DNA of 64,000 nt from Allosphingosinicella sp. (GCA_035942355.1 DASZDE010000073.1:8773-72772); one strand, 5' to 3'; positions 30,829 through 40,765 are shown, counted from the first letter of the stretch. Numbers and translations: made by a program. Notes: generated by a model not told the origin, from the letters alone.

Positions 30829-31446
30829 CTAGAGCACCGGCGTCCGGTAATGATGCCAGGCGAAGATCGCCGCGGCGCCGCGGTGCGGGCTCCAAGGCTG
30901 GGCAAGCTCGCGCACCTGCTTCTCGCCCGGCTTTTCGGCAAGGCCGAATATCCGGCCGACCGCGACCTGGATGGCGAGATCGCCCGCGGGCCACACATCC
31001 GGCCGCCCCTCGGCGAACAGCAGGTAGATTTCCGCCGACCAGCGGCCGATGCCCTTGATCCGGGTAAGCTCGCCGATCGCCTCCTCGTCGGCTTCGGCCA
31101 GGCGCAGCAGGTCGAGCCGCCCGCTGGCCACTTCCTCGGCCAGGCTCCTGACATAGGCGATTTTCTGGCGCGACAGGCCGGCGCCGCGCAGCGCCTCGTC
31201 GCTCGCCGCCGCCAGCGCCGCCGGATCCTCGATGGAGCCGACGGCGGCCTCGAGCTTGGCCCAGATCGAGCGCGCCGCGGCGAGGCTGACCTGCTGGCCG
31301 ACGATGGTACGGAGCAGGGTGGTGTAGCCGCGCTCGCTCAGCCGCGGCTCCGGATAGCCCGACCGCGCCAGCGCCGCCGCGAACGCCGGCTCGCGCCGCG
31401 CCAGCTCGTCGATCGATAGCCGCAACGCCTCCGCCCCAATTCCCAA
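30829..31446 (-). CDS. alkA: DNA-3-methyladenine glycosylase, AlkA/HhH-GPD family
   Basis: IVGQQVSLAAA, GLSRQK, IKGIGRWSAEIYLLF...WPAGD, WSPHRG. Confidence 0.9.
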   Translation of the reverse strand: MGIGAEALRLSIDELARREPAFAAALARSGYPEPRLSERGYTTLLRTIVGQQVSLAAARSIWAKLEAAVGSIEDPAALAAASDEALRGAGLSRQKIAYVRSLAEEVASGRLDLLRLAEADEEAIGELTRIKGIGRWSAEIYLLFAEGRPDVWPAGDLAIQVAVGRIFGLAEKPGEKQVRELAQPWSPHRGAAAIFAWHHYRTPVL

Positions 31447-31529
31447 ATGCCCGGCTCCCTCGCTTGATTCGGAACACCGCCTAGCATAGCGCGCCGCCCG
31501 CGCCTTCCCGCCTGGCCAAGGGACTCCCG

Positions 31530-31847
31530 ATGCCGCAGCTCATCCTCGTCACTCGCGACGGCACCGAAACCGCGGTCGAAGGCAGGCCGGGTCTCACCGT
31601 GATGGAGGTGATCCGGGACAACGGATTCGACGAGCTCCTGGCCCTGTGCGGGGGCTGCTGCTCGTGCGCCACCTGCCACGTCCACGTCGATGCGGCGTGG
31701 CTGAGCGCGCTGCCTGCGATGAAGGCGGATGAGGACGAGCTGCTCGACAGCTCGGATTGGCGGCAGCCGAACAGCCGGCTGTCGTGCCAGCTCCCGTTCG
31801 GCGACGCGCTCGACGGCCTCCGGGTGAGGATCGCGCCCGAGGACTGA
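31530..31847 (+). CDS. 2Fe-2S ferredoxin, adrenodoxin type
   Basis: [11 protein letters not shown]...SRLSCQ. Confidence 0.95.
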   Translation: MPQLILVTRDGTETAVEGRPGLTVMEVIRDNGFDELLALCGGCCSCATCHVHVDAAWLSALPAMKADEDELLDSSDWRQPNSRLSCQLPFGDALDGLRVRIAPED

Positions 31848-31911
31848 AGCCGCCCTTAGCCGCAATTTATGTGCTTGGCCGGCTGAGCCGCTCGCATCAC
31901 CCTCAATCCGG

Positions 31912-32232
31912 TCAGGCGGCGCGGGGCACGATCCGGTCGAGCTCGGCGCCGCGGCTGCGGCGGACTTCCTCCAGGTCGTAGCTGTTCTGGAGACGCAGGA
32001 AGAAACCCTCCGACACACCGAAATAGCGGCCCAGGCGCAGATCGATATCGGCGTCCACGGGTATCTGCGACTTCAGCAGCGCCTTCAGCGTCGACACGGC
32101 GATGCCGGAGCCGGAGGCGACCTCTTCAAGCGGAATGTCGGCACCGATCAGGAAATCCTCACGCAGGACGTCGCCCGGATGGACATTGTCCAGCCGGTCC
32201 TCATCCCTTGTGGTAGTCCTCGATGGGGACAT
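31912..32232 (-). CDS. higA: HigA/VapI-type HTH antitoxin (no intact higB)
   Basis: NVHPGDVLREDFL...DLRLGRYFGVSEGFFLRLQNSYDL. Confidence 0.85.
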   Translation of the reverse strand: MSPSRTTTRDEDRLDNVHPGDVLREDFLIGADIPLEEVASGSGIAVSTLKALLKSQIPVDADIDLRLGRYFGVSEGFFLRLQNSYDLEEVRRSRGAELDRIVPRAA

Positions 32233-32243
32233 CCTTCAGCCTT

Positions 32244-32465
32244 CTAGGCGGCGTAGATCGCCGGCCGGTAGCGCGGTTCGGGAATGGGGAAACCCCGGTC
32301 TCGGGCAACCGCCAACCAGCCCTGGATCGCGTCGCGGACGTTCGCGAGCGCCTCGGCGGGCGTGTCGCCATGAGCTGAGCAGGGTTTCAGGTCGGGGACG
32401 TCCGCGATCCAGCAGGCGTCTGCCTCCGACCAGAAGAGATTTATGTGGTACCGAGGGTCGCTCAT
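32244..32465 (-). CDS. hicB: HicB antitoxin, short form without DNA-binding domain
   Basis: WSEADACWIADVPDLKPCSAHGDTPAEALANV; only 73 aa. Confidence 0.88.
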   Translation of the reverse strand: MSDPRYHINLFWSEADACWIADVPDLKPCSAHGDTPAEALANVRDAIQGWLAVARDRGFPIPEPRYRPAIYAA

Positions 32466-32716
32466 TCCCCAATATGTAGTCCGTACTCCTCCACCAGATC
32501 AAGGAACTGCGCCACCTGATACCGCTTTGCGTCCTTTCCGTGCGCTTGGATCGGGAATGAGCGAGGCACTCGCGGATGAACATAGTGCCGATGGCTGCCT
32601 ACGGTGCGGTCCAGTGAGAAGCCGAAGGCTGCGAGAAGCCGTTCGAAATCCCTGAAGGAGAGTACCGGCCTCGCTCCGGAGAGAAGGCGCTCGTAGATGC
32701 GGCGCGGCTTGGTCAT
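32462..32716 (-). CDS. hicA: HicA mRNA interferase toxin
   Basis: FRDFERLLAAFGF.LDRTVGSHRHY; ATGA overlap with hicB. Confidence 0.88.
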   Translation of the reverse strand: MTKPRRIYERLLSGARPVLSFRDFERLLAAFGFSLDRTVGSHRHYVHPRVPRSFPIQAHGKDAKRYQVAQFLDLVEEYGLHIGE

Positions 32717-32814
32717 GGCTGAACCAGCAGATCGAGGCGGCGCCAAGGCAGAATCGGTCGGGCGCTGCGCCTCCCAGAACCGCAGCCCATTCACATTGGT
32801 GCGAGTGATTTTTT

Positions 32815-35019
32815 CTATCGCCGCCTCACCATTCGCCGAGCTGCCTTCACGGCCTGTTGCTTCCCGAACCTCGTCTTCCGCGTCCCGGGCCTTCCCTCGG
32901 TGGAGTGGCCGCGGACCGGGGCGCGTTTGTCGGGGTCGGGGAGGCCGAGCTCGTCGGATTCGAGGCGGCGGATCTCATCGCGCAGGCGGCCGGCTTCCTC
33001 GAATTCGAGGTCGGCGGCGGCCTTGCGCATGCGCCGCTCGAGCTCCTCGATATAGGCGCGCAGATTGTGGCCGACGAGGTGGGGCATGTCCTCGTCGCCC
33101 GTGTCGACCAGCACGCTGTCGCGGTTGGTGACGTGGCTCAATATGTCCTGGATGTCGCGCTTGATCGTGGTGGGCGTGATGCCGTGGGCGGCATTGTATT
33201 CGAGCTGCTTCTGGCGGCGGCGGTCGGTCTCGCGGAGCGCGCGCTCCATCGAGCCGGTGACGCGGTCGGCATAGAGGATGACGCGGCCCTCGACGTTGCG
33301 GGCGGCGCGGCCGATCGTCTGGATCAGCGAAGTCTCCGAGCGCAGGAAGCCCTCCTTGTCGGCGTCGAGGATCGCGACCAGGCCGCATTCCGGGATATCG
33401 AGGCCCTCGCGCAGCAGGTTGATGCCGACGAGGACGTCGTAGACGCCGAGCCTCAGGTCGCGGATCAGCTCGATCCGCTCCAGCGTCTCGACGTCCGAAT
33501 GCATGTAGCGGACGCGCAGCCCCGCTTCGTGGAGGAACTCGGTCAGATCCTCCGCCATCCGCTTGGTCAAGGTGGTCACCAGGGTGCGGAAGCCCTTCCT
33601 GGCGGTTTCGCGCGCCTCGAAGATCAAGTCGTCGACCTGGTCCTCGACCGGCTTGATCTCGACCGGCGGGTCGATCAACCCGGTCGGGCGGATCACCTGC
33701 TCGGAGAAGACCCCGCCGGTCTGCTCCATCTCCCACGGTCCGGGCGTCGCCGACACCGCCACCGACTGCGGCCGCATCGCGTCCCATTCGTTGAAGCGCA
33801 GCGGCCGGTTGTCGATGCACGAAGGCAGCCGGAAGCCATATTCGGCGAGGGTGATCTTGCGGCGGTGGTCGCCGCGCGCCATCGCTCCGATCTGCGGCAC
33901 CGTCTGGTGGCTTTCGTCGACGAACAGCAGAGCATTCTCCGGCAGATATTCGAACAAAGTCGGCGGCGGCTCGCCGGGCAGCCGTCCGGTGAGGAAGCGG
34001 CTGTAATTCTCGATCCCGGCGCAGCTGCCGGTGGCGGCGATCATCTCGAGGTCGAAATTGGTGCGCTGCTCGAGCCGCTGTGCCTCCAGCAGCTTGCCTT
34101 CCGCGAGCAGCTCCTTCAGCCGCTCGGCCAGCTCGTGCTTGATCGCCTCCATCGCCTGCTTGAGGGTGGGGCCGGGGGTCACGTAATGCGAGTTGGCGTA
34201 GACCTTCACGTAATCGAGCGACGCGATCTTCTTGCCGGTCAGCGGATCGAACTCGACGATCTCCTCGATCTCGTCGCCGAAGAAGTTCACCCGCCAGGCC
34301 ATGTCTTCATAGTGCGACGGGAAGATCTCGAGATTGTCGCCGCGGACGCGGAAATTGCCGCGGGCGAAGGCCTGGTCGTTGCGCTTGTACTGGAGCGCGA
34401 CCAGCTTGCGGATGATCTCGCGCTGGTCGACCGTCTCGCCCTTCTTGAGCGAGAAGACCATCGCGGAATAGGTTTCGACCGAGCCGATGCCGTACAGGCA
34501 TGAGACCGAGGCGACGATGACCACGTCGTCGCGTTCGAGCAGCGACCGCGTCGCGGAATGGCGCATGCGGTCGATCGCCTCGTTGATCGAGCTTTCCTTC
34601 TCGATGTAGAGGTCGGTGCGCGGCACGTACGCCTCGGGCTGGTAATAATCGTAATAGCTGACGAAATATTCCACGGCGTTGTCGGGGAAGAAGCTTTTGA
34701 ACTCGCCATAGAGCTGGGCGGCGAGGATCTTGTTCGGCGCCAGCACCAAAGCCGGCCGCTGCAGCTCCTCGATCACCTTGGCCATGGTGAAGGTCTTGCC
34801 CGAGCCGGTCACGCCGAGCAGCACCTGGGTCTGCTCGCCCGCACGCATCTGTTCGACCAGCTCGGCTATCGCCGCCGGCTGGTCGCCTGCCGGCTGGTAG
34901 TCGGAAACGATCCTGAAGCTCTTGCCGCCCTCGGCCTTGGCGGGCCGCTGCGGGCGATGAGGCACGAAAGCCTGCCCGGTTTCCGGCTCGTCGAGGCCGG
35001 TGCGAATCTGGATCGGCAT
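32815..35019 (-). CDS. uvrB: Excinuclease ABC subunit B
   Basis: [49 protein letters not shown]-terminal UVR domain. Confidence 0.98.
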   Translation of the reverse strand: MPIQIRTGLDEPETGQAFVPHRPQRPAKAEGGKSFRIVSDYQPAGDQPAAIAELVEQMRAGEQTQVLLGVTGSGKTFTMAKVIEELQRPALVLAPNKILAAQLYGEFKSFFPDNAVEYFVSYYDYYQPEAYVPRTDLYIEKESSINEAIDRMRHSATRSLLERDDVVIVASVSCLYGIGSVETYSAMVFSLKKGETVDQREIIRKLVALQYKRNDQAFARGNFRVRGDNLEIFPSHYEDMAWRVNFFGDEIEEIVEFDPLTGKKIASLDYVKVYANSHYVTPGPTLKQAMEAIKHELAERLKELLAEGKLLEAQRLEQRTNFDLEMIAATGSCAGIENYSRFLTGRLPGEPPPTLFEYLPENALLFVDESHQTVPQIGAMARGDHRRKITLAEYGFRLPSCIDNRPLRFNEWDAMRPQSVAVSATPGPWEMEQTGGVFSEQVIRPTGLIDPPVEIKPVEDQVDDLIFEARETARKGFRTLVTTLTKRMAEDLTEFLHEAGLRVRYMHSDVETLERIELIRDLRLGVYDVLVGINLLREGLDIPECGLVAILDADKEGFLRSETSLIQTIGRAARNVEGRVILYADRVTGSMERALRETDRRRQKQLEYNAAHGITPTTIKRDIQDILSHVTNRDSVLVDTGDEDMPHLVGHNLRAYIEELERRMRKAAADLEFEEAGRLRDEIRRLESDELGLPDPDKRAPVRGHSTEGRPGTRKTRFGKQQAVKAARRMVRRR

Positions 35020-35085
35020 CCGCGCAATATGGCCATGGCGGCGCGGCTGCGCTACTGTCGCCTCGAACAAGGGGGAGGTTCAATC

Positions 35086-35586
35086 ATGCGCGCGCTGGCA
35101 TTCGTCCCGCTCCTGATCCTCGCCGCCTGCTCGGAAACGGACGGCGGCGGACCAAAGCAAGAAACCAAGGCCGCCGCGGCCACGCAACTCGAGCCCGGCC
35201 AGTGGGAGACCGTGGCCGAAGTCACCAGGTTCACCCAGATGGACAAGGGCAAGCCGGCCATCAACACGCCCGCGGGGAGCAAGGCCACCGCCACCGCCTG
35301 CGTCGGGGAAGCGGAGGCGAGGAAGCCGGCGCCGGTGCTGTTCACCGCGTCCGAGGAGGGAAGCTGCGAGTATAGGGATTTCTACATGTCGAACGGCCGC
35401 ATCAACGGCTCGCTGGCGTGCAAGCGGCCGGGCCTGGGCGGCGAGGTGATGACCAGCGTCGAGGGGACGTTCACCGCCGACAGCTTCGAGGGCACGTCGC
35501 TGGTCGAGACCTATCTCTATACGGACGGCGACGTGAAGATCGCCGCCAAGATCAGCGGCCGGCGGGTGGGGGCGTGCGCCGCCTAA
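35086..35586 (+). CDS. DUF3617-like lipoprotein
   Basis: Lipobox LAAC, PGQWE, spaced Cys, GRRVGAC end. Confidence 0.75.
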   Translation: MRALAFVPLLILAACSETDGGGPKQETKAAAATQLEPGQWETVAEVTRFTQMDKGKPAINTPAGSKATATACVGEAEARKPAPVLFTASEEGSCEYRDFYMSNGRINGSLACKRPGLGGEVMTSVEGTFTADSFEGTSLVETYLYTDGDVKIAAKISGRRVGACAA

Positions 35587-35650
35587 GCTCCCGCTGGCAT
35601 TCCGCGGAGGGAACGCTACAGATCGGCGCAGGTCGAACAAGGGGAAAGAG

Positions 35651-36988
35651 ATGGGTTTGAAGCGGTTCGTCCTCGCCGCCGCGCTGGCCGCCGCGCCGGC
35701 TGCGGCCCAGGACCTGTCCAGCGCGGTCAAAGCCGATTACGACCGGCGGCTCGGCGCCTTGTTCATCGACTTCCACAAGAATCCCGAGCTCAGCTATGTC
35801 GAGAAGCGCACCGCCAGGATCATGGCCAAGGAATTGCGCGCGGCCGGCGCGGCGGTGACCGAGGGCGTCGGCGGCACCGGCGTGGTCGGCGTGATGAAGA
35901 ACGGCGCGGGCCCGACCGTGCTGGTTCGAGCCGACATGGACGGCCTGCCGCTCAAGGAGGCGAGCGGCCTCCCCTACGCCTCGACCGCGCGGCAAGTGGG
36001 GATCGACGGCGTGGAGGCGCCGGTGATGCACGCGTGCGGGCACGACGTGCACATCGCCTCGCTGGTCGGCACCGCCCGCCGCCTGGCCGCGATGAAGGAC
36101 CGGTGGAAGGGCACGGTCCTGTTCGTGGTGCAGCCGGCCGAGGAGCGGATCGGCGGCGCCCGCAAGATGCTGGAGGACGGGCTCTACACACGCTTTCCCA
36201 AGCCCGATTACGCGCTCGCCTTCCATGTCGATGCCGATTCGCCGACCGGCCGGATCATCGCCGATCCCGGGATCACCGCTTCCTCCTCCGACAGCGTCGA
36301 CATCGTCATCCACGGCGTCGGCACGCACGGCGCCTATCCGCATCAAGGCAAGGACCCGATCGTGATGGGCGCCGAGATCATCATGGCGCTGCAGACGCTG
36401 GTCAGCCGCGAGATCTCGCCCCTGAAGCCGGCGGTGGTGACCGTCGGCGCCTTCCACGGCGGCCTCAAGCACAACATCATTTCGGACCGGGCCGAGATGC
36501 AGCTCACCGTCCGCTCCGACCATGCCGACGTGCGCAAGGCCCTGCTCGACGGGATCAGGCGGATCGCCGTCCATGTGGGGCGGATGAACGGCCTCCCCGA
36601 AGCCAAACTGCCGGAGGTGAAGCTCTCCACCGAATCGACGCCGGCCACCTATAATGACGCGGCGCTGACCGAACGGATGCGGCGTGCCTTCGCCGGCGCC
36701 TTCGGCCCGGACGTGCTGATCTCGCCGGAACGGACCGGCATGGGTGCCGAGGACTTCGCCTATTTCGTCCAGCCCGAACTGGGCGTGCCGGGCTTTTATT
36801 TCAGCGTCGGCGGCACGCCGCAGGCTGCGTTCGACGCGGCCAAAGCGGGCGGCCCGCCAGTGCCTGCGCACCATTCGCCGCTGTTCAGGATCGAGCCGGA
36901 GCCGTCGGTGCGGCTCGGCACCGAAGCCATGACCGTCGCCGTCCTCGACCTGCTCAAACCCGCCGCCGCCCCCGCGGCCGGCCAGTAA
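35651..36988 (+). CDS. M20D amidohydrolase, secreted
   Basis: HKNPELS, RADMDGLP, MHACGHD, QPAEE, GTHGA, GAEDF, HHSP. Confidence 0.93.
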   Translation: MGLKRFVLAAALAAAPAAAQDLSSAVKADYDRRLGALFIDFHKNPELSYVEKRTARIMAKELRAAGAAVTEGVGGTGVVGVMKNGAGPTVLVRADMDGLPLKEASGLPYASTARQVGIDGVEAPVMHACGHDVHIASLVGTARRLAAMKDRWKGTVLFVVQPAEERIGGARKMLEDGLYTRFPKPDYALAFHVDADSPTGRIIADPGITASSSDSVDIVIHGVGTHGAYPHQGKDPIVMGAEIIMALQTLVSREISPLKPAVVTVGAFHGGLKHNIISDRAEMQLTVRSDHADVRKALLDGIRRIAVHVGRMNGLPEAKLPEVKLSTESTPATYNDAALTERMRRAFAGAFGPDVLISPERTGMGAEDFAYFVQPELGVPGFYFSVGGTPQAAFDAAKAGGPPVPAHHSPLFRIEPEPSVRLGTEAMTVAVLDLLKPAAAPAAGQ

Positions 36989-36998
36989 GGAGACTGGA

Positions 36999-37520
36999 AT
37001 GAGATCTATCCTCATGGCCGCCGCGGCGCTGCTCGCGCTCGCCGCCTGCAACCGGCCGCCCAAGATCGACGAGGGCGAGATGACCGCCGACGAGGTCGCC
37101 GCCGAGCTGTCCGACATGAAGATCAAGCCCGGCCAGTGGGAAGCAACCAACGAGATCATCTCCGCCAGCGCGCCGGGGCTGCCGCCCGACACGCTGAAGC
37201 AGATGGTCGGCCAGAAGAGCGTCGTGAAGAACTGCATCACCCCCGAGCAGGCGGCCAAGCCCAACGCCAATTTCCTGGCCGCGCAGCAGAACAGCAACTG
37301 CACCTATCAGGATTGGTCGATGGAGGGCGGCCGGATGACCGGCACGATGACCTGCTCGGGCGGCGACATGCCCGGCACGGTGGTGATGACGATGGACGGT
37401 AAATATGGCGAGGAAGCCTACGACCTCGCCATGAACATGGAATCGAGCGGGCTGCCGGGCGGCATGACGATGACCGTCCAGGCGCGCACCGTCGGCAAGC
37501 GCGTCGGCGAATGCACCTGA
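36999..37520 (+). CDS. DUF3617-like lipoprotein (second paralog)
   Basis: Lipobox LAAC, PGQWE, CITPEQA, GKRVGEC end. Confidence 0.75.
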   Translation: MRSILMAAAALLALAACNRPPKIDEGEMTADEVAAELSDMKIKPGQWEATNEIISASAPGLPPDTLKQMVGQKSVVKNCITPEQAAKPNANFLAAQQNSNCTYQDWSMEGGRMTGTMTCSGGDMPGTVVMTMDGKYGEEAYDLAMNMESSGLPGGMTMTVQARTVGKRVGECT

Positions 37521-37536
37521 TCGAAGGGAGAGCCAG

Positions 37537-37929
37537 ATGATCGGATATGCGACCGTCGGAACCAACGACATCGAGAAGGCCCGGGCCTTCTACGACGCCT
37601 TGTTCGGCTCGATCGGGGCGACCCGGATCATGGAGTTCCCGCAAAACGGCTTCACCATGTACGGCACCAGCTTTGCCCGGCCGGCGGTGGCGGTAACTCG
37701 GCCCTACAACCAGCAGGCGGCAACCCCCGGCAACGGCGCGATGGTTGCGATCGTGATGGACAGCCGCGACAAGGTCGACGCCTTCTACGCCAAGGCGCTC
37801 GAGCTCGGCGGCACCGACGAGGGCCCTCCCGGGCTGCGCGGCCCCGAAGGCGACCGCGCCTTCTACGGCGCCTATTTCCGCGACCTCGACGGCAACAAGT
37901 TCTGCGCGTTCAGGGTCGGGCCTGCCTGA
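37537..37929 (+). CDS. VOC/glyoxalase family protein
   Basis: MIGYATVGTND..KA.AFYD, GTDEGPPGLR, YFRDLDGNK. Confidence 0.9.
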   Translation: MIGYATVGTNDIEKARAFYDALFGSIGATRIMEFPQNGFTMYGTSFARPAVAVTRPYNQQAATPGNGAMVAIVMDSRDKVDAFYAKALELGGTDEGPPGLRGPEGDRAFYGAYFRDLDGNKFCAFRVGPA

Positions 37930-37935
37930 CGGCCG

Positions 37936-38244
37936 ATGCCGGCCGGCTACGCCATCGTCTGGCGCTACCAGGTGGCGCCGCAGCATCGCGACGCCTTTGA
38001 GCGGGCCTATTCGCCAGGCGGCGATTGGGCTCGGCTGTTCGCCACCGCCGAGGGTTTCGTCCGAATCGAGCTGATGGCGGCCCGGCCGGGCGGGTACGTG
38101 ACGATCGACTATTGGCGATCGGAAGCGGACTTCGACCACTTCCAGGCTGAATCGGGCGAGGCTTACCGGGAACTCGACGCGCGCTGCGAGTCGTGGACCG
38201 TGGCCGAGGAGCGGATCGGCGGGTTCGAGCTGATCACCGGCTAG
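37936..38244 (+). CDS. ABM (antibiotic biosynthesis monooxygenase)-like protein
   Basis: FERAYSPGGDWARLF...GF..IEL, YVTIDYWRS. Confidence 0.75.
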   Translation: MPAGYAIVWRYQVAPQHRDAFERAYSPGGDWARLFATAEGFVRIELMAARPGGYVTIDYWRSEADFDHFQAESGEAYRELDARCESWTVAEERIGGFELITG

Positions 38245-38254
38245 CCCCGACGGT

Positions 38255-38289
38255 GCACTTTCATCGACCGCTGGACGGCGTTCGTCGAC
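38255..38289 (+). promoter_or_regulatory. Putative LytTR tandem box upstream of the small peptide
   Basis: CTTTCATCGAC (38258) and CGTTCGTCGAC (38279) at a 21-bp period. Confidence 0.5.
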
Positions 38290-38409
38290 GCGCGACAGGC
38301 TTGTCGAAGCGATTCGCACCGCCGTCGATGCAAAGCGGCGACTCACCGACTGCGGGAATAGGGGGAGACTCACCGGGCGACCCCGCCCCGGCTCCAAGGG
38401 AGAAAGATC

Positions 38410-38511
38410 ATGACTGCGGAGATTTTCCGTACCGTGTCCACGTGCGTCGCGGCGATCTTTGTGAGCACCATGCTGCTGACCGCGGCAACCTCGCTCCCGG
38501 GGATCCTCTGA
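38410..38511 (+). CDS. 33-aa hydrophobic small peptide
   Basis: Below the track cut-off. MTAEIFRTVSTCVAAIFVSTMLLTAATSLPGIL; AAGGGAGA RBS; TGATG coupling to the next ORF. Confidence 0.6.
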   Translation: MTAEIFRTVSTCVAAIFVSTMLLTAATSLPGIL

Positions 38512-38684
38512 TGCCGGCCCCGTCGGTCTTCGGCGAGATGATCGGGTCCGCGACGGGTGAGCGGCGGCCGGCGACGGCCAAGCCGTCCCGGACCTACCCG
38601 TATCACGGCCTGTTCGGCGTCGCCCTGCTGCCCGCCGCCACGACCGCGCCCCAGGCGGACCAGCGGCCGCGCAGCCTCGGCTGA
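38511..38684 (+). CDS. 57-aa small protein coupled to the peptide
   Basis: ATG overlaps the upstream TGA; MPAPSVFGEMIG...YPYHGLFGVALLPAA. Confidence 0.45.
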   Translation: MPAPSVFGEMIGSATGERRPATAKPSRTYPYHGLFGVALLPAATTAPQADQRPRSLG

Positions 38685-38699
38685 GGCCGCCGCACCGGC

Positions 38700-39464
38700 T
38701 CAGTCCAGGCGCAAGGCGTCCTTGACGGCCGCGACGTAGCTGGGCCCGACCTGGACCTGCGCCCCGTCGACCAATACGAGCGACAGCGACCGGTTGGCCC
38801 GCTTCACCTCGGCGACCTTGTCCGGCCGCACGAAGGCCGACCGGTGCACGCGCAGCAATGGGCTTCCGGCCAGTTTCTCCTCGAGCGCGGCCATGGTGGT
38901 GCGCAGCAAATGGCTGCGGACATGGGTATGGAGCAGGACGTAATCGCGCGCCGCCTCGATCCAGTCGATCGTGTCGATCGGGACCCGCCGCTGGCCGTCG
39001 CGCTCGGGCACCCAGAAGCCGGCATCGTCCTGCTGGGCGGCGCCGTTGATCTTGAGCGCCGCCATCTCCTCCTCGAGCTTGCCGGCGCGCGCCGCCTGCT
39101 CGCGCATCGTGCGCCGCCGCTTGGCCCGGTCGACCGCCTGGCGCAGCCGGTCGAAGCGCACCGGCTTGAGCAGATAATCGGCGGCGTCGACGTCGAACGC
39201 ATCGGGGGCGTAATGCTCGTGGGCGGTGACGAAGACCAGCTCCGGGCGCGGCTCGATGTCCAGCTCGGCGGCGGTGCGCAGGCCGTTGCGGCCCGGCATT
39301 TGAACGTCGAGGATGACCAGGTCCGGCCGCAGCCGCTCGACCTCGACCAGCGCCTGGTCGCCGTCCTGCGCCTGGCCAACCACCTCGACCCCCTCGATGT
39401 CGGCGAAGAACGTGCGCAGACGATCGAGCGCCAGAGCCTCGTCGTCCACGAGCAGCACGCGCAT
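38700..39464 (-). CDS. LytTR family response regulator
   Basis: REC domain (LLVDDE, LDVQMP, FVTAH, DYLLKP) plus LytTR domain (IDWIEAARDYV, RVHRSAFV). Confidence 0.95.
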   Translation of the reverse strand: MRVLLVDDEALALDRLRTFFADIEGVEVVGQAQDGDQALVEVERLRPDLVILDVQMPGRNGLRTAAELDIEPRPELVFVTAHEHYAPDAFDVDAADYLLKPVRFDRLRQAVDRAKRRRTMREQAARAGKLEEEMAALKINGAAQQDDAGFWVPERDGQRRVPIDTIDWIEAARDYVLLHTHVRSHLLRTTMAALEEKLAGSPLLRVHRSAFVRPDKVAEVKRANRSLSLVLVDGAQVQVGPSYVAAVKDALRLD

Positions 39465-39514
39465 TAGCCTTCCTCCCCAAGCCTTTATCTTTATCCGGGG
39501 ACGGGCGTGCGGAG

Positions 39515-40669
39515 TCAACGTGCGCGTTGGATCTCCGGGATGCAGATCGTCGCGACATAGCCGCGATCGGTGCGCTCGGCAGTGAGGCTTGCCGCGCGCC
39601 CGTAAACCGCCTCCAGCCGGCGCTTGACGTTGACCAGGCCGACCCCGGTGCGGCCGGTCTCGACCTCGGTGCCGGGCGGAACGCTGTCGTTGTGGACGCG
39701 GATGCACAGGTCGCCTTGCTCGACGGTCGCGCGGACCGCGATGTTGACCGGCTCCCGCGACGGGGCGACGCCGTGCTTGATCGCATTTTCGACCAGCGGC
39801 TGGACGAGAAAGCCGGGCACCAGCGCCTCGGCCGCGCCGGGCGCGCAGTCGATCTCGACATTGAGCCGCTCGCCGAACCGCACCGCCTCGATGTCGAGAT
39901 ATTCCTCGATCAGGGCGAGCTCGTCCTCGAGCGGGACCAGCTCGGCCGGGTCGGTGCTCAGCGAGCTGCGCAGGAAGCTCGACAATTTGTCGGTCATCTG
40001 CTCGGCATCCTCGTTGCGGCGGGTGACGATCAGCGCCGAGATCGAATTCAGCGTGTTGAACAGGAAATGGGGGTTGAGCTGGTAGCGAAGCGCCGCCAGC
40101 TGAGCCTGCTGGGCGGCCGAGCGCGCGTCGACCAGCTGCCGCTCCTGGCGCCGCTCGCGCCGGCGCGAGAAGCTCAGCTGGAACAAGGCAAGGTTGACCG
40201 AAAAGACGAGGATATAGTTCAGCGTCGCGCCGTAGCTGCGCTCGATCGTCTGCGGCAGCGAAGCCCAGCTCGATTCGAGATTCTCCGCCACCCAGCCGGT
40301 CCACAAGATGTCGAAAATGCGATTGAACACGGCGGTGAAGATGACCGCCGCGACCAGGATCAGCGCCCGCGCGCCCTGCGGCCAGTCGAGCGTCTTCCTG
40401 AACAGCAGGAAGATCGGCATCGCCAGCACCATCGATACCACGATCGTCGAACTGTCGAGCGCGATGCTGAGCAGGCCGGCGCCGGGGTGACGCTCCATGA
40501 TCACCGGCAGGAACATCAGCAGGGTGAACAGCCACAGCGCGATGGTCAGCACGATCGCATCCAGCCAGCGCGCATCTCTGTCCGCAGAAGGCATGAACGT
40601 GATGGGACCTCGCCTGACCAGCGGCCCTATCTGCCGCAAAGCCGCGAAGCTGTCACTCGCCATCAGCAT
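39515..40669 (-). CDS. LytS-type membrane sensor histidine kinase
   Basis: About four TM segments; LRYQLNPHFLFNTLN, QPLVENAIKHG, TGVGLVNV..RL. Confidence 0.93.
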   Translation of the reverse strand: MLMASDSFAALRQIGPLVRRGPITFMPSADRDARWLDAIVLTIALWLFTLLMFLPVIMERHPGAGLLSIALDSSTIVVSMVLAMPIFLLFRKTLDWPQGARALILVAAVIFTAVFNRIFDILWTGWVAENLESSWASLPQTIERSYGATLNYILVFSVNLALFQLSFSRRRERRQERQLVDARSAAQQAQLAALRYQLNPHFLFNTLNSISALIVTRRNEDAEQMTDKLSSFLRSSLSTDPAELVPLEDELALIEEYLDIEAVRFGERLNVEIDCAPGAAEALVPGFLVQPLVENAIKHGVAPSREPVNIAVRATVEQGDLCIRVHNDSVPPGTEVETGRTGVGLVNVKRRLEAVYGRAASLTAERTDRGYVATICIPEIQRAR

Positions 40670-40733
40670 CCGGTAGGCCCCCGCCGCACCGAGCCAGGAT
40701 CGCGCGTGCACCGGCCGCAGCCTATGGTGGCGA

Positions 40734-40765
40734 GACGAAAGTGCCCGATCATGCGACAAAAGTGT
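40734..40765 (-). promoter_or_regulatory. Putative LytTR tandem box upstream of the kinase
   Basis: ACACTTTTGTC-N10-GCACTTTCGTC on the minus strand, 21-bp period; the second half matches GCACTTTCATC at 38255 at 10 of 11 positions. Confidence 0.55.

Noticed and set aside
38340-38375. GACTCACCG direct repeat upstream of the peptide
   Set aside because: The 27-bp period does not fit LytTR spacing, and a 9-mer repeat can arise by chance
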